IMG/VR virus record: IMGVR_UViG_3300044620_000288
Span: 1 to 64,000 of that record
DNA: 64,000 nt
Strand: one strand, 5' to 3'
Origin: a virus
Taxonomy: Duplodnaviria > Heunggongvirae > Uroviricota > Caudoviricetes
Made by a program: the position numbers and the translations under genes. Of this stretch, positions 9,239-17,986 are shown piece by piece. The notes under the pieces are model-generated. The model did not search any database, was not told the origin of the DNA, and saw only the letters and a program-made list of their open reading frames with translations. Position 1 is the first letter of the stretch, and every line of letters starts with the position of its first letter.

Positions 9239-9861
9239 ATGTCAGTTCCTCCAACGGGTTTATCAGTTTCTTCAACCTTACCACCCTCTTTAATTAGTTC
9301 AATAAATGGCTCAAAGCTTCGTTGATTCAAATAGGTGAAACTATTCTGCATGAAGCTGAGTCTGTTTGTGCCAGTCTTGACAGAGTTCTCTTTCTTCTGA
9401 AGGACGTCAAAATTCAGCGCTTCTATCATTTGAGCTGCTGTATATTCTCCCTCAAGAAGAATCTTATCAAACCTGAGTCTACATTCATCTTTGTTCTGTC
9501 TAAGACCTCTGTTTCCTGTAAACTTCTTACCCTTATGGGCAAATGTATCAGTGCCTGGATATGCTTTCCACCACTCTTCAAACTCTGTAGTGGCAGGCTT
9601 ACGCTTAACAATCTTTGTTTCTTCTTTACTTTCTATAAACTTGAGGAGCTCTTTTCCTTCCGTCGTTATCTTCTCATCACTAGTGGATATGAGTCCCTTT
9701 CTAATTAAAGTTTGATAGAGCGCAGCAATCTTCATGCTTCTTTCGCAGAGAGGCTGAACATCCATCTGCAGCTCTATCAACTTTAGAAGATAAATAACGT
9801 CCAAGGAATAGCTCTTCTTAATGAGCTCTTCAAAATGGTAGGGCGTTATCTTTAAGTTCAT
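9235..9861 (-). CDS. hypothetical protein (208 aa), possible replication accessory/DNA-binding protein
   Basis: ORF; basic central region; context between helicase and polymerase genes. Confidence 0.45.
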   Translation of the reverse strand: MNLKITPYHFEELIKKSYSLDVIYLLKLIELQMDVQPLCERSMKIAALYQTLIRKGLISTSDEKITTEGKELLKFIESKEETKIVKRKPATTEFEEWWKAYPGTDTFAHKGKKFTGNRGLRQNKDECRLRFDKILLEGEYTAAQMIEALNFDVLQKKENSVKTGTNRLSFMQNSFTYLNQRSFEPFIELIKEGGKVEETDKPVGGTDI

Positions 9862-10069
9862 CTGGTTGGGGGTGTTTTGTCTGATAAATCACTGTAATCC
9901 GTGCAGGAAGTCTATTCTCTTCCTCTATAATTTCCTGCATGATATCTTCCTGTGTTCTAATTAGGTCAGCCTGCAAATATACGGATTCTTTCAGGTATTC
10001 CCGCTCAAAATCTTCAGAAAAATTAGCAACTTGCCCATCCATAAAATTCCCATTCGCCTTCTTGTTCAT
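9830..10069 (-). CDS. hypothetical protein (79 aa)
   Basis: ORF, overlapping neighbours. Confidence 0.35.
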   Translation of the reverse strand: MNKKANGNFMDGQVANFSEDFEREYLKESVYLQADLIRTQEDIMQEIIEEENRLPARITVIYQTKHPQPDELKDNALPF

Positions 10070-10577
10070 TTGATGATTTTTTGTATGTGATTTTTGCCAC
10101 TAACTTGTTACCTTTATCAAGGCACTTTTCCATCACAATGTTTGTGGTGCGTTGGTGTTTTTCGGTGTAATCTCTTGCTTTCTTAACAGCTTCACCTTTC
10201 GTAGTGCATGAAGCAATCATTTGATCTTCACTGTTGTACACTACATATTTAAGTATCCATTTCTTGGTGCCAGGTGTTACAATATGATCCACCTGTGTCT
10301 TAATCTTGTTAGTATTAAGCTTTGGTTCTCTGATACATATGCATTCAGCACCTTGATGTTTAGTGAGCTCGTCTAAGCGCTTCTCTATGAAGTTATACTT
10401 AGGAAGGCCACTTGACATATAATTTTTAGTAGCGTCTCTAAATCCTGGTGTAGCATTAATGGCACCACTATATCCTTGTTGATGTCCATATTCATCATCA
10501 GCATCTTCTACTGCTCTTCTATATGCTTCTTCTGCAGATCTTCCTTTGCTTCTCACTGTAAATGATTGTGCTCCCAT
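10023..10577 (-). CDS. hypothetical protein (184 aa)
   Basis: ORF, operon context. Confidence 0.45.
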   Translation of the reverse strand: MGAQSFTVRSKGRSAEEAYRRAVEDADDEYGHQQGYSGAINATPGFRDATKNYMSSGLPKYNFIEKRLDELTKHQGAECICIREPKLNTNKIKTQVDHIVTPGTKKWILKYVVYNSEDQMIASCTTKGEAVKKARDYTEKHQRTTNIVMEKCLDKGNKLVAKITYKKSSNEQEGEWEFYGWASC

Positions 10578-10589
10578 AAATTGTTGATT

Positions 10590-10745
10590 TTAAAATGTTT
10601 CATTTGGGTAATGATCATCATCGTGCCAACATGTAGTTGTTGGGTCATCTATTTCTTCTTTGTCTTTGATGAGAGGTGCTCTATGCATCTCATAGCATAG
10701 CCAGGCGCTAGATATTAGCGCAATAGGGATGATAATAAATAACAT
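10590..10745 (-). CDS. small membrane peptide (51 aa) - tentative
   Basis: Manual translation 'MLFIIIPIALISSAWLCYEMHRAPLIKDKEEIDDPTTTCWHDDDHYPNETF' fills the 170-nt gap between flanking genes; N-terminal TM helix. Confidence 0.2.
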   Translation of the reverse strand: MLFIIIPIALISSAWLCYEMHRAPLIKDKEEIDDPTTTCWHDDDHYPNETF

Positions 10746-10748
10746 GGG

Positions 10749-11180
10749 TTAGTCTTTTATGCGAAGGCCATATCCCAGATCGAACCACTGGAATGTTTGC
10801 TCAGCCTTGCCTTTGTTGAATTTAAATACCTTCCTCAGGAGAGGAATTGCATAAGACTTAAATAGTTCGTGCTGTTTACTAGTCATGGTCCATTGATGAT
10901 ACCAATCTTCTAGTTGTTGAGCTTCTTCAATAGTTTTACCAATCATATTGAGTTGATACTCAATTAAATGCGTTTGTATATTGGTTCTATTGATGGTCAC
11001 CTTAGGCTGTGGAAAGAATCTGTTGAGCTTTATCTGCTCTAGGAATTCAGTTTTATCCCACACCTCAACGTGTGGACGCTCTTCAATGAAAGACAGCTTA
11101 ACAATGTCCCCTTTGATATAACTAATAAAACAAGGAGTACCAATGTAGTCCTTGAACTTGTCTCCTTTTTTGATGTTCAT
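10749..11180 (-). CDS. hypothetical protein (143 aa)
   Basis: ORF immediately upstream of (co-transcribed with) the polymerase gene. Confidence 0.45.
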   Translation of the reverse strand: MNIKKGDKFKDYIGTPCFISYIKGDIVKLSFIEERPHVEVWDKTEFLEQIKLNRFFPQPKVTINRTNIQTHLIEYQLNMIGKTIEEAQQLEDWYHQWTMTSKQHELFKSYAIPLLRKVFKFNKGKAEQTFQWFDLGYGLRIKD

Positions 11181-11181
11181 A

Positions 11182-13140
11182 CTAGAATAAACTTAGTTGG
11201 TTAGGATTTACCACCACCTTGCGTTTCCTGCCTTCAGAACTAATCTTGTAGATTATTTTCTCAGCACGCTCGATGTAATAATCATAATTGATGTTATCCA
11301 GAGGATGGTCTTTGCTCAGGTTATTGCACACTGTGGCCAGCCACTCACCAGCTTCCACTTGGGAAACAGCTGCAGCACCACTCTGACTGTCCTCATTCTT
11401 AACCTTTAAAAGCTTTTCTCCTGTATTTGAGATGTAATAACGAATCAGCTTATTGTATATAGTCTTCTCACCTGTGGATCTATCTATGCCTTCATAATGG
11501 AAATCCTTGCTAGCTTTCTGCCTTAGGCAGAAGTCAAAGATATTACTATGAGTCCTAATAGTAGTGTCAACAGGTATATTATGAAGAAAATATTGTTCAA
11601 GAGCCAAAGGTATAACTCTTCCTGATTTGTTCTTATGAAGCTCGAAATCCGTGAGAAAATCGCCTTTCTTCTTAACTTCTCCATCTGTTTTTATCGCAAG
11701 ATAATCATTTACTGTGGAAAATACAGTCTTTTGATAGTCAGTGCGTTCTAGCTCATATTTAGTGAGCTCTGCCCACCAGGCATTAATCTCATGCATCTTA
11801 TCTATGTAACATTTCTTTATCATAATTGTTACACCGTCTGTATTAGCAGATATAACATGTATACCAGCTAGTTCATACGCCTCAATAAGCATCATAAGAC
11901 TGAGTTCACCTGTAATAGTGGTGAACATAGTGAGCTGTCTATCATAGATCCAGTTTTGCATGTCACTGCTCTTACCATAAACTGAGTTTACAGCAAGCTT
12001 TAGTGCTCCTACAATACCTTTAATCTTCTTATCCTTCTTAGCTAAAGGCTTGAGCTCCAATCGTTTCTCAAACATGGCTTGATAGCCTCTGAGAAACTCT
12101 TTACCCAAGTGTTGTGGATAGCGCCCATTATTGATGATAATGGCTGGATAGTAGGAACTTACGTCCCAGTCTATTATCTCATGCTCATCATCAGCCTCAA
12201 ATATCTTTGGGCTATTCTCTGTGTGCAATCCACCCTTCATAAAGGAATAGACATTGTTGTAGAAATGTAGCTCCTCTTTAAAGTCATCCTGCAAGCCTAG
12301 GTTCAACCTCTTAATCTTCTTGAGGAAGTCTTGTAGCTCTTTGGTTTGAAACTCTACATATGGTGCTATACAGTTCTTTACAGCAATAGTCTTTCTGAAA
12401 TACCCTTTCTTGGGAAGTTCTTTGTATTCTATTCCCTTCTCTTGACAGTAGTATTTCTTAATCATCTCATCACCTATCTTACTATCTGAATAGTTAAGAC
12501 ATGGTATACCAAACTCAGCTTCAATATCTTGTCTAAGCTCAATCTGGTTGTTTCCCTTGTATAATGGATGATTAGTGTCACCAATAGTGACTAGATAAAA
12601 CTGATACGTGGCCCATACATCATTCAGACAGTATTCTGTTGTCTTAATGATATCATCGTTCGTGAATCCTACCTTATCATGAGGAATAGGCATCTCTTCA
12701 ATATTCTCAAGATCCATTTCAAACTCCAACCTCTTTAAACTAACGCGTCTATTCTTGTTGTCAAAGTGGTGTATTCTGAAAAGATCAATCTGTTTGAGAG
12801 ATAGGTCATATTCTCTGTATTCAGGGAATACATCATGATTTGCATCATCAATAACATCTGTGGCCTTCTGATGGATTCTAGCTGTAATTTCTAGACTAGA
12901 AAGCTCATGCCAGTCATGGTGACTGCGTATCACCCATTCTATCACCTGAGAGTCAAAGCGCAAGTTATTGTAGCCCACCCAATAATAGTCTCTGTGCTGC
13001 TCTGTGAAGTTAATGAATGCATCTAAACCGTTCTGGTCTTTATTCACTCTGAACACTCTGTATGGTTCTTGAGGAATAAGACACACGACCAAGAAATATT
13101 CTTTAAGCGTTTCTATGTCATAGATAATTACCTTGTCCAT
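11182..13140 (-). CDS. family B DNA polymerase with 3'-5' exonuclease domain
   Basis: Exo I 'YDIET', Exo II 'YNNLRFD', Exo III 'YCLNDVWATY'; pol motif A 'DVSSYYPAII', motif B 'LKLAVNSVYGKSS', motif C region 'ISANTDGVTIM' (N replaces the first Asp of the canonical DTDS), KxY-like 'KKKGDF'. Confidence 0.8.
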   Translation of the reverse strand: MDKVIIYDIETLKEYFLVVCLIPQEPYRVFRVNKDQNGLDAFINFTEQHRDYYWVGYNNLRFDSQVIEWVIRSHHDWHELSSLEITARIHQKATDVIDDANHDVFPEYREYDLSLKQIDLFRIHHFDNKNRRVSLKRLEFEMDLENIEEMPIPHDKVGFTNDDIIKTTEYCLNDVWATYQFYLVTIGDTNHPLYKGNNQIELRQDIEAEFGIPCLNYSDSKIGDEMIKKYYCQEKGIEYKELPKKGYFRKTIAVKNCIAPYVEFQTKELQDFLKKIKRLNLGLQDDFKEELHFYNNVYSFMKGGLHTENSPKIFEADDEHEIIDWDVSSYYPAIIINNGRYPQHLGKEFLRGYQAMFEKRLELKPLAKKDKKIKGIVGALKLAVNSVYGKSSDMQNWIYDRQLTMFTTITGELSLMMLIEAYELAGIHVISANTDGVTIMIKKCYIDKMHEINAWWAELTKYELERTDYQKTVFSTVNDYLAIKTDGEVKKKGDFLTDFELHKNKSGRVIPLALEQYFLHNIPVDTTIRTHSNIFDFCLRQKASKDFHYEGIDRSTGEKTIYNKLIRYYISNTGEKLLKVKNEDSQSGAAAVSQVEAGEWLATVCNNLSKDHPLDNINYDYYIERAEKIIYKISSEGRKRKVVVNPNQLSLF

Positions 13141-13302
13141 TAGTCATCTGTTTTCCAATAGTGAGTGCATTCTTTCTTCTCATCATCATATGGAGGATTC
13201 ACGAAGTAGGATTGTCTGTATTCATTAGGAACGGCTGTATATCTATAACAGGTTTCCTTCAGAGGACAATCTTTGCCTTCGCACATTGTTATGTCTGGCA
13301 TA

Positions 13303-13638
13303 TTATTTCTTTTTAACAGCTTTCTTTCTAGTCTTTACAAATGGCTCTTTGCTTTTAACCCCGTCCATTTGTTTTGGATTACTTTTCTTTTTTGCAGCCT
13401 TTTTCTCTTTCATCTCATGTTCAGTGATAATCAGCTGAATGGCTATTGCCATCATCTCACGAAATTTATTATCCTCATGATTAGTATCCATTAAACAAGC
13501 AAGAGCTGCTGTCATTTCATTCATATCACCCTTTGTCTTCACTGTACACTGTTCCTTATTATTACATATAATAGTGAGGCGTGCTGTTTCTTTTACATCT
13601 TTTTTTTCTGGCATTTGATTAATTTTAAAGAGGCCCAC
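13303..13638 (-). CDS. hypothetical protein with Lys-rich C-terminal tail
   Basis: ORF; C-terminus 'KKAAKKKSNPKQMDGVKSKEPFVKTRKKAVKKK' suggests nucleic-acid binding. Confidence 0.4.
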   Translation of the reverse strand: MGLFKINQMPEKKDVKETARLTIICNNKEQCTVKTKGDMNEMTAALACLMDTNHEDNKFREMMAIAIQLIITEHEMKEKKAAKKKSNPKQMDGVKSKEPFVKTRKKAVKKK

Positions 13639-13656
13639 CCCTGATGTGAGGTGGGC
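13621..13656 (-). terminator. GC hairpin (GCCCACC / GGTGGGC, 10-nt loop) followed on the minus strand by a U-rich stretch
   Basis: Inverted repeat read directly at 13633-13639 / 13650-13656; minus-strand downstream sequence 'CUCUUUAAAAUU'; lies between two co-directional genes. Confidence 0.35.
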
Positions 13657-13662
13657 TCAAAT

Positions 13663-13872
13663 TTACTTAAATTTACGCAAGCGAACAACTTTTTTGTAAT
13701 CATCCGAAGGACAATAATACATCTTGTTATTCTCTAAGATTAACCTATCAGTTTTCTTACGCCTGAATATGGCTTCTATGAGTTTGTTGACATTTGGATT
13801 GTCACAATCATCAGAATAAACTAATGGTCTTATTGGGCTCCATGAGGAGCGGTAAACGAGGGTTGCTGCCAT
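13663..13872 (-). CDS. hypothetical protein (69 aa)
   Basis: ORF. Confidence 0.35.
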   Translation of the reverse strand: MAATLVYRSSWSPIRPLVYSDDCDNPNVNKLIEAIFRRKKTDRLILENNKMYYCPSDDYKKVVRLRKFK

Positions 13873-13894
13873 AGTGTGTATGCTTTATATGTGA

Positions 13895-14185
13895 TTAGAA
13901 ATAAATACGAATATGGTCATTGTACATCACCACTTTCTTACCCATCACCTGTGTAGGAGGTGCAGGAGTGTTCTCTATTTTTGTTCTACGTTGCTTTGGA
14001 CCAGCCCAATCAGCAATCTTTTTTGTGCGTTTAGCCACACTGTACAATTTACTACGTAACTTATTCTCTGTTACATTGTACGTTGGAGCTAATCTTTCTG
14101 CTAGCATTGTAATAGGTTCTCCTGTACGAATCACCTCTTTCATTTCTTTGATTTGTGCTTCTGTGAAGATTGTTTTCCTTGACAT
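13895..14185 (-). CDS. hypothetical protein (96 aa), basic
   Basis: ORF; basic composition. Confidence 0.4.
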   Translation of the reverse strand: MSRKTIFTEAQIKEMKEVIRTGEPITMLAERLAPTYNVTENKLRSKLYSVAKRTKKIADWAGPKQRRTKIENTPAPPTQVMGKKVVMYNDHIRIYF

Positions 14186-14215
14186 GTGCTTTAATTTTTA
14201 TTTTGATTTAATTGG

Positions 14216-14674
14216 TTACCAGATTTCAAACCCTTCGCATGTACGAAGGAAGCTTATAAATTCTTTAATGTGATCTAATGATGCAGAATGAGTTGAATAA
14301 GCAATTGTGCCATCCTTCATAACAACAGCACCTGATAGCACTGTTCCAATAGGATAGGTTTTGTTAAGTTCTTCCTCTTCATAAAGAAATCTACCATCAG
14401 CAGTAGACCAAGAACCTAAACACAAAAAGATTCTATCATTCTCCTCTGTGAGCTCTGTATTCTTTAAATGAGCTTCTAATGCATCAGCTAGTTTATTGCA
14501 ATCCTCTTGCGTTTCTAAGCCTCTGCCATCATTTGATCCCCAATACTGTGTATTGAAATTGAGACCATTACTATCAATAACAGTTTCACATAGAGCATGT
14601 ATTGGCCTCCAAGACCAACAATTAGCTCTGAAATAGGCATCAGGATTACCTTTGCCACATACATCCATTCCCAT
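14216..14674 (-). CDS. hypothetical protein (152 aa)
   Basis: ORF. Confidence 0.45.
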   Translation of the reverse strand: MGMDVCGKGNPDAYFRANCWSWRPIHALCETVIDSNGLNFNTQYWGSNDGRGLETQEDCNKLADALEAHLKNTELTEENDRIFLCLGSWSTADGRFLYEEEELNKTYPIGTVLSGAVVMKDGTIAYSTHSASLDHIKEFISFLRTCEGFEIW

Positions 14675-14675
14675 A

Positions 14676-14873
14676 TTAATGCGTTTTGTTTAATGAATTC
14701 ATTGTCCAGTTTTCCATCATTTGGTTTGCTTTCACAATACCATCTCTGTTTACATACAACCTACCAACGTTAAGCTGGTGCATCCAAGATTGAAATTTAG
14801 GATCTTGTTGTGTGATTTCTCGTTCTTGCTCGATTTCTTGTAATCGTTCGTAAGAAATGTTTTCTAGTACCAT
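14676..14873 (-). CDS. hypothetical protein (about 66 aa)
   Basis: Track ORF 14676-14948 overlaps the upstream gene; the ATG at 14873 lies 1 nt after the upstream stop, so it was trimmed to that start. Confidence 0.35.
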   Translation of the reverse strand: MVLENISYERLQEIEQEREITQQDPKFQSWMHQLNVGRLYVNRDGIVKANQMMENWTMNSLNKTH

Positions 14874-14874
14874 G

Positions 14875-15180
14875 TTATTCAGTTTCGTTAGAAATAATAT
14901 CATTATACATAGAAGCTTCCTTTGGATAGCGCTTAGCAAATAGCTCAAATGCCACTTTAAAGCGGTTTAATTCTATCTGACAAGGATAGTTCTCTGTTTC
15001 TAATGAATCTGCTAAATTAATAAGAGAATCAATGATTTTCCCTCTTTGAATGTCACCACCTGTGTAAAACTCAATTTTAGGTTCATTTCGTAGCTTAGCT
15101 AGTTCTCTTTGTTGGAAATAACAAATAATAAGGAGTGCAAATGCTGCACCCATAGCAACGTGACCCTGATTAATTTTCAT
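14875..15180 (-). CDS. hypothetical membrane-associated protein (101 aa)
   Basis: N-terminal hydrophobic segment 'AMGAAFALLIICYF'. Confidence 0.4.
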   Translation of the reverse strand: MKINQGHVAMGAAFALLIICYFQQRELAKLRNEPKIEFYTGGDIQRGKIIDSLINLADSLETENYPCQIELNRFKVAFELFAKRYPKEASMYNDIISNETE

Positions 15181-15185
15181 ATGCT

Positions 15186-15377
15186 TTAATTTAAGAAGTC
15201 TTCACCCTTGTAATCAGGATGATTTGTGTTCATATAGTCTATTCCTCTAATCCATAGGATGGATAAGACCACTGCTACACTAATAGATATTATAATTGCC
15301 ATATAATGTTGTTTAACTGTCATCATCCTCATCACCTTCATCCTCTTCTTCAACAGGATAGATTTCACCATCTCCAT
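15186..15377 (-). CDS. small membrane protein - tentative
   Basis: Hydrophobic stretch 'AIIISISVAVVLSILWI'; overlaps the upstream gene, so the real start is probably an internal Met. Confidence 0.3.
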   Translation of the reverse strand: MEMVKSILLKKRMKVMRMMTVKQHYMAIIISISVAVVLSILWIRGIDYMNTNHPDYKGEDFLN

Positions 15378-15909
15378 TGCATATAAGACATGCTACATCT
15401 GGTGTATCACCATATCCTGACCCATTACACGCACCACATAACCAAGGACCTTCATCATCATCTTCCTCTTCATCATCCTCATCATCGTACAGTCCAGGTA
15501 GGCACATGGTTATCTTGTCAGCATATAAAATAGGATTTAACTCTTCCTCATGGGCAAAGTCCCACTCATCTATCTCTACATCCACATACCCATCAAATTC
15601 TGTGAGGATAAAATTAACATCAGCGAGCTCTATATCTCTGAGTTCATCAATATGATCACCCTCATCCCACCACCCAATCTCGTGTGGTTCTGCTACCACC
15701 TGCTCATCATATATTAAATATGGCTCAACAGGTGCACCATTCTTGACAACAAACTCTTCTAATGTCTCACGAGGATGTTTGTCAATCGCCCACACCTCTG
15801 AATATTCTTTTCTAGTACCTGGATTTATCTTGGTGATAAACCACATACCAATTTCAAGCTGCTTAGGCATATAGCTCTTAAGCACAAGTTCCACTGTGTA
15901 GTACATCAT
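15313..15909 (-). CDS. highly acidic protein with DnaJ-type CxxCxGxG zinc-finger near C-terminus
   Basis: C-terminal 'DDEDDEEEDDDEGPWLCGACNGSGYGDTPDVACLICNGDGEIYPVEEEDEGDEDDDS'; whole protein is D/E-rich. Confidence 0.5.
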   Translation of the reverse strand: MMYYTVELVLKSYMPKQLEIGMWFITKINPGTRKEYSEVWAIDKHPRETLEEFVVKNGAPVEPYLIYDEQVVAEPHEIGWWDEGDHIDELRDIELADVNFILTEFDGYVDVEIDEWDFAHEEELNPILYADKITMCLPGLYDDEDDEEEDDDEGPWLCGACNGSGYGDTPDVACLICNGDGEIYPVEEEDEGDEDDDS

Positions 15910-16124
15910 TTCTTATTTTCTAAGTATTTCTTAATATCAGCCTCTTTGAATGTGCGTTTCTGTGGACTAGCAGCACCCATTGGATCTTGTGTATTATCTA
16001 CACGAACACAACTGTATATACCTTGTCCAAGATCAGCCACCACCTTCCAGCTCTGATATAAAGAGCCACCAGATGTACCAGCTTCATACCTCTCAATGTG
16101 CTTTCTAAAAGTTGTTCCCACCAT
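15906..16124 (-). CDS. hypothetical protein (72 aa)
   Basis: ORF with ATGA overlap. Confidence 0.4.
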   Translation of the reverse strand: MVGTTFRKHIERYEAGTSGGSLYQSWKVVADLGQGIYSCVRVDNTQDPMGAASPQKRTFKEADIKKYLENKK

Positions 16125-16125
16125 A

Positions 16126-16359
16126 TTATTGTTTTTTATATGTTTCGTTGTAGTATTTTTCTGCGTATTCTTTTTTCTTAAACTCTGCTACTATGTGATC
16201 AAAACCATCTATGTGTGATTGCATTATCTGCTCTTTCTCCATTTCTCTTGCATCCTCAATGATGATGTCAAAGCTTTCCCAGTCTAATAATAGGTGAGAA
16301 CGTTCACCGAACTTCTCCATCTCCCTTTTTATCCAATCTATTGTTGTCTCTTTTGCCAT
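16126..16359 (-). CDS. hypothetical protein (77 aa), first gene of leftward operon
   Basis: ORF immediately downstream of the non-coding repeat region. Confidence 0.4.
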   Translation of the reverse strand: MAKETTIDWIKREMEKFGERSHLLLDWESFDIIIEDAREMEKEQIMQSHIDGFDHIVAEFKKKEYAEKYYNETYKKQ

Positions 16360-16680
16360 AACTAATTGATTTATAATATGTTGTGTTAATAATCTGCATG
16401 AATTTTACCAAAAACTTCATGCACTGCTTCCGTGTTTGGACGTGTTTTAGTTCCTGATTTGGCCGTTTATCGCTCATTTATGCCTTACCAAAACCCATTT
16501 ATCGCTCACATATGAGCTATAATGTCCTTTATAACGGACAAAAATGAGCTATAATGTGCATTTTAACGGACATTATACGTTTTTACATGCAAATAAGCAA
16601 TATATTTCTCTTTTGTATGTTTTGGCGTATAAAATTACAACGAAAACATCTAAATGAGCAATATATTTCCAATTTACGTA
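16360..16680 (-). promoter_or_regulatory. non-coding control region upstream of the leftward early operon (promoters and/or replication origin)
   Basis: About 320 bp without a credible ORF in a densely packed genome; contains the tandem repeats above; lies between an intrinsic terminator and the first gene of the next operon. Confidence 0.5.
16466..16575. repeat. iteron-like 32-bp-period tandem direct repeats
   Basis: 'TTTATCGCTCA' at 16466 and 16498. 'ATGAGCTATAATGT...TAACGGACA' unit at 16512-16543 and 16544-16575, about 26/32 identical. Further 'a(t/g)AGCAATATATTTC' copies at 16597 and 16656. Confidence 0.7.
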
Positions 16681-16681
16681 C

Positions 16682-16718
16682 ATAAAAAAAGGAACAGTCC
16701 ATATTTCAGGACTGCTCC
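16682..16718 (-). terminator. rho-independent terminator (minus strand)
   Basis: Inverted repeat GGAACAGTCC/GGACTGcTCC (9/10 bp, 8-nt loop) followed on the minus strand by U7 (plus-strand A7 at 16684-16690). Confidence 0.6.
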
Positions 16719-16906
16719 AGAGCTACAACTAGTAACCCAACCCTTCGAGTTCATATGCACTAGCCTCAACGATAACAAGACCGTGAGACACTGTGTACAT
16801 AAATATGATTTGCATGTGATTGGCAAGCTTTTGAAATAGCTTGAACTCTGTGGGCGTGAATGTTAATCTTTTCATTTGATTTGTATTGAAGGGATGAATA
16901 AACTAT

Positions 16907-17296
16907 TTAAGGCCTATTAGCTTTACGAACAACCTGTTCCCAAGTCATTCTACCTTTACAGCCATAGCCTGTTGTCCTGCAACTTTGCAACATAAATATA
17001 GCAATAGCTGCTGTAACAAACAAAATTGTTGAAGAGCTCCTGTTCTTCTTTTTCTTGAAGAGAGCCCTAAATGGATAACCCATTGTTTCTGCAAAGTCTC
17101 TGTATAACTGACGTACAGGACTGAAATCAAACTCCCACAGGCAATATATAGCCATGAATGGGACAATAATGATGAACGCTACTACCATGAGTAGAATACG
17201 AAGAATGTGCTTCATACGATTTGTATTTAATTGATGAATTAATAAGAAAAAAGAGGGAACAGCATAGAAATGCATCCCCGTGTACTTGCTTGCCAT
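16907..17296 (-). CDS. membrane protein (two predicted TM helices)
   Basis: 'ILRILLMVVAFIIIVPFMAIYCLW' and 'ILFVTAAIAIFMLQ'; the true start may be the internal Met near 17215. Confidence 0.4.
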   Translation of the reverse strand: MASKYTGMHFYAVPSFFLLIHQLNTNRMKHILRILLMVVAFIIIVPFMAIYCLWEFDFSPVRQLYRDFAETMGYPFRALFKKKKNRSSSTILFVTAAIAIFMLQSCRTTGYGCKGRMTWEQVVRKANRP

Positions 17297-17304
17297 TAAT
17301 ATCT

Positions 17305-17523
17305 TTATATATAAGTCTTTTCTAGCTGAGGAATCTCAACCTCTGTTAAATGCTTATAATATTCTTTATATGTAACATAGTCTGGTCCCTCAGAACCTTC
17401 TGCATCCTTTAGAAGCTCTGCAATCTGCCTAAGAAGGTTTACATCCTCCTTATCAGGATTTACTTCACGCTCCATTACATGAAACCAAGATGTAAGTCTA
17501 ACTGCTTGTTGTGGCGTAAACAT
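17305..17523 (-). CDS. hypothetical protein (72 aa)
   Basis: ORF. Confidence 0.4.
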   Translation of the reverse strand: MFTPQQAVRLTSWFHVMEREVNPDKEDVNLLRQIAELLKDAEGSEGPDYVTYKEYYKHLTEVEIPQLEKTYI

Positions 17524-17557
17524 GTCAAATTATTTTAAATGATTGATTAATAATGTG

Positions 17558-17761
17558 TTATCTATTGTCCTCTATAATAAGACTATCTAATGCAGGAACA
17601 GCTGAACAAGCTAATGAGCCAACATACCTATTCCCATCATATATACGAATAGAATCACAGTCTATTGACATTTGATATCCTGATGTCCCAGGACAAGAAC
17701 TAATTGTACATCCCCCTATAAGCAATGTTATAAGTAGAATGAATGTTATTACTATCTTCAT
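17558..17761 (-). CDS. small secreted/lipoprotein-like protein (67 aa)
   Basis: N-terminal signal-like 'MKIVITFILLITLLIGGC' followed by a Cys-containing mature part. Confidence 0.4.
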   Translation of the reverse strand: MKIVITFILLITLLIGGCTISSCPGTSGYQMSIDCDSIRIYDGNRYVGSLACSAVPALDSLIIEDNR

Positions 17762-17986
17762 ATGTATAAATGTTTGTGTTAATGCTATATTATTGTTCTA
17801 GACTACACAATCAGTGTATCTATGTAAAGACCCCTATAACCCCTAATGGGTTACACACCATCTCTCTAACTCACAGAAAATCAATCACTTATGTACCCAC
17901 CCCTTGCAATGATTCATCATTTCCCACCCTTATATATAAGGAAGAGAAGGAAGTGCTCTCAATTAAGAGAACACTTCCTAATAATG

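Noticed and set aside
16654-16839. Plus-strand 61-aa ORF inside the early non-coding control region
   Set aside because: It spans a terminator hairpin, is on the opposite strand to all neighbouring genes, and AT-rich sequence readily yields such ORFs.
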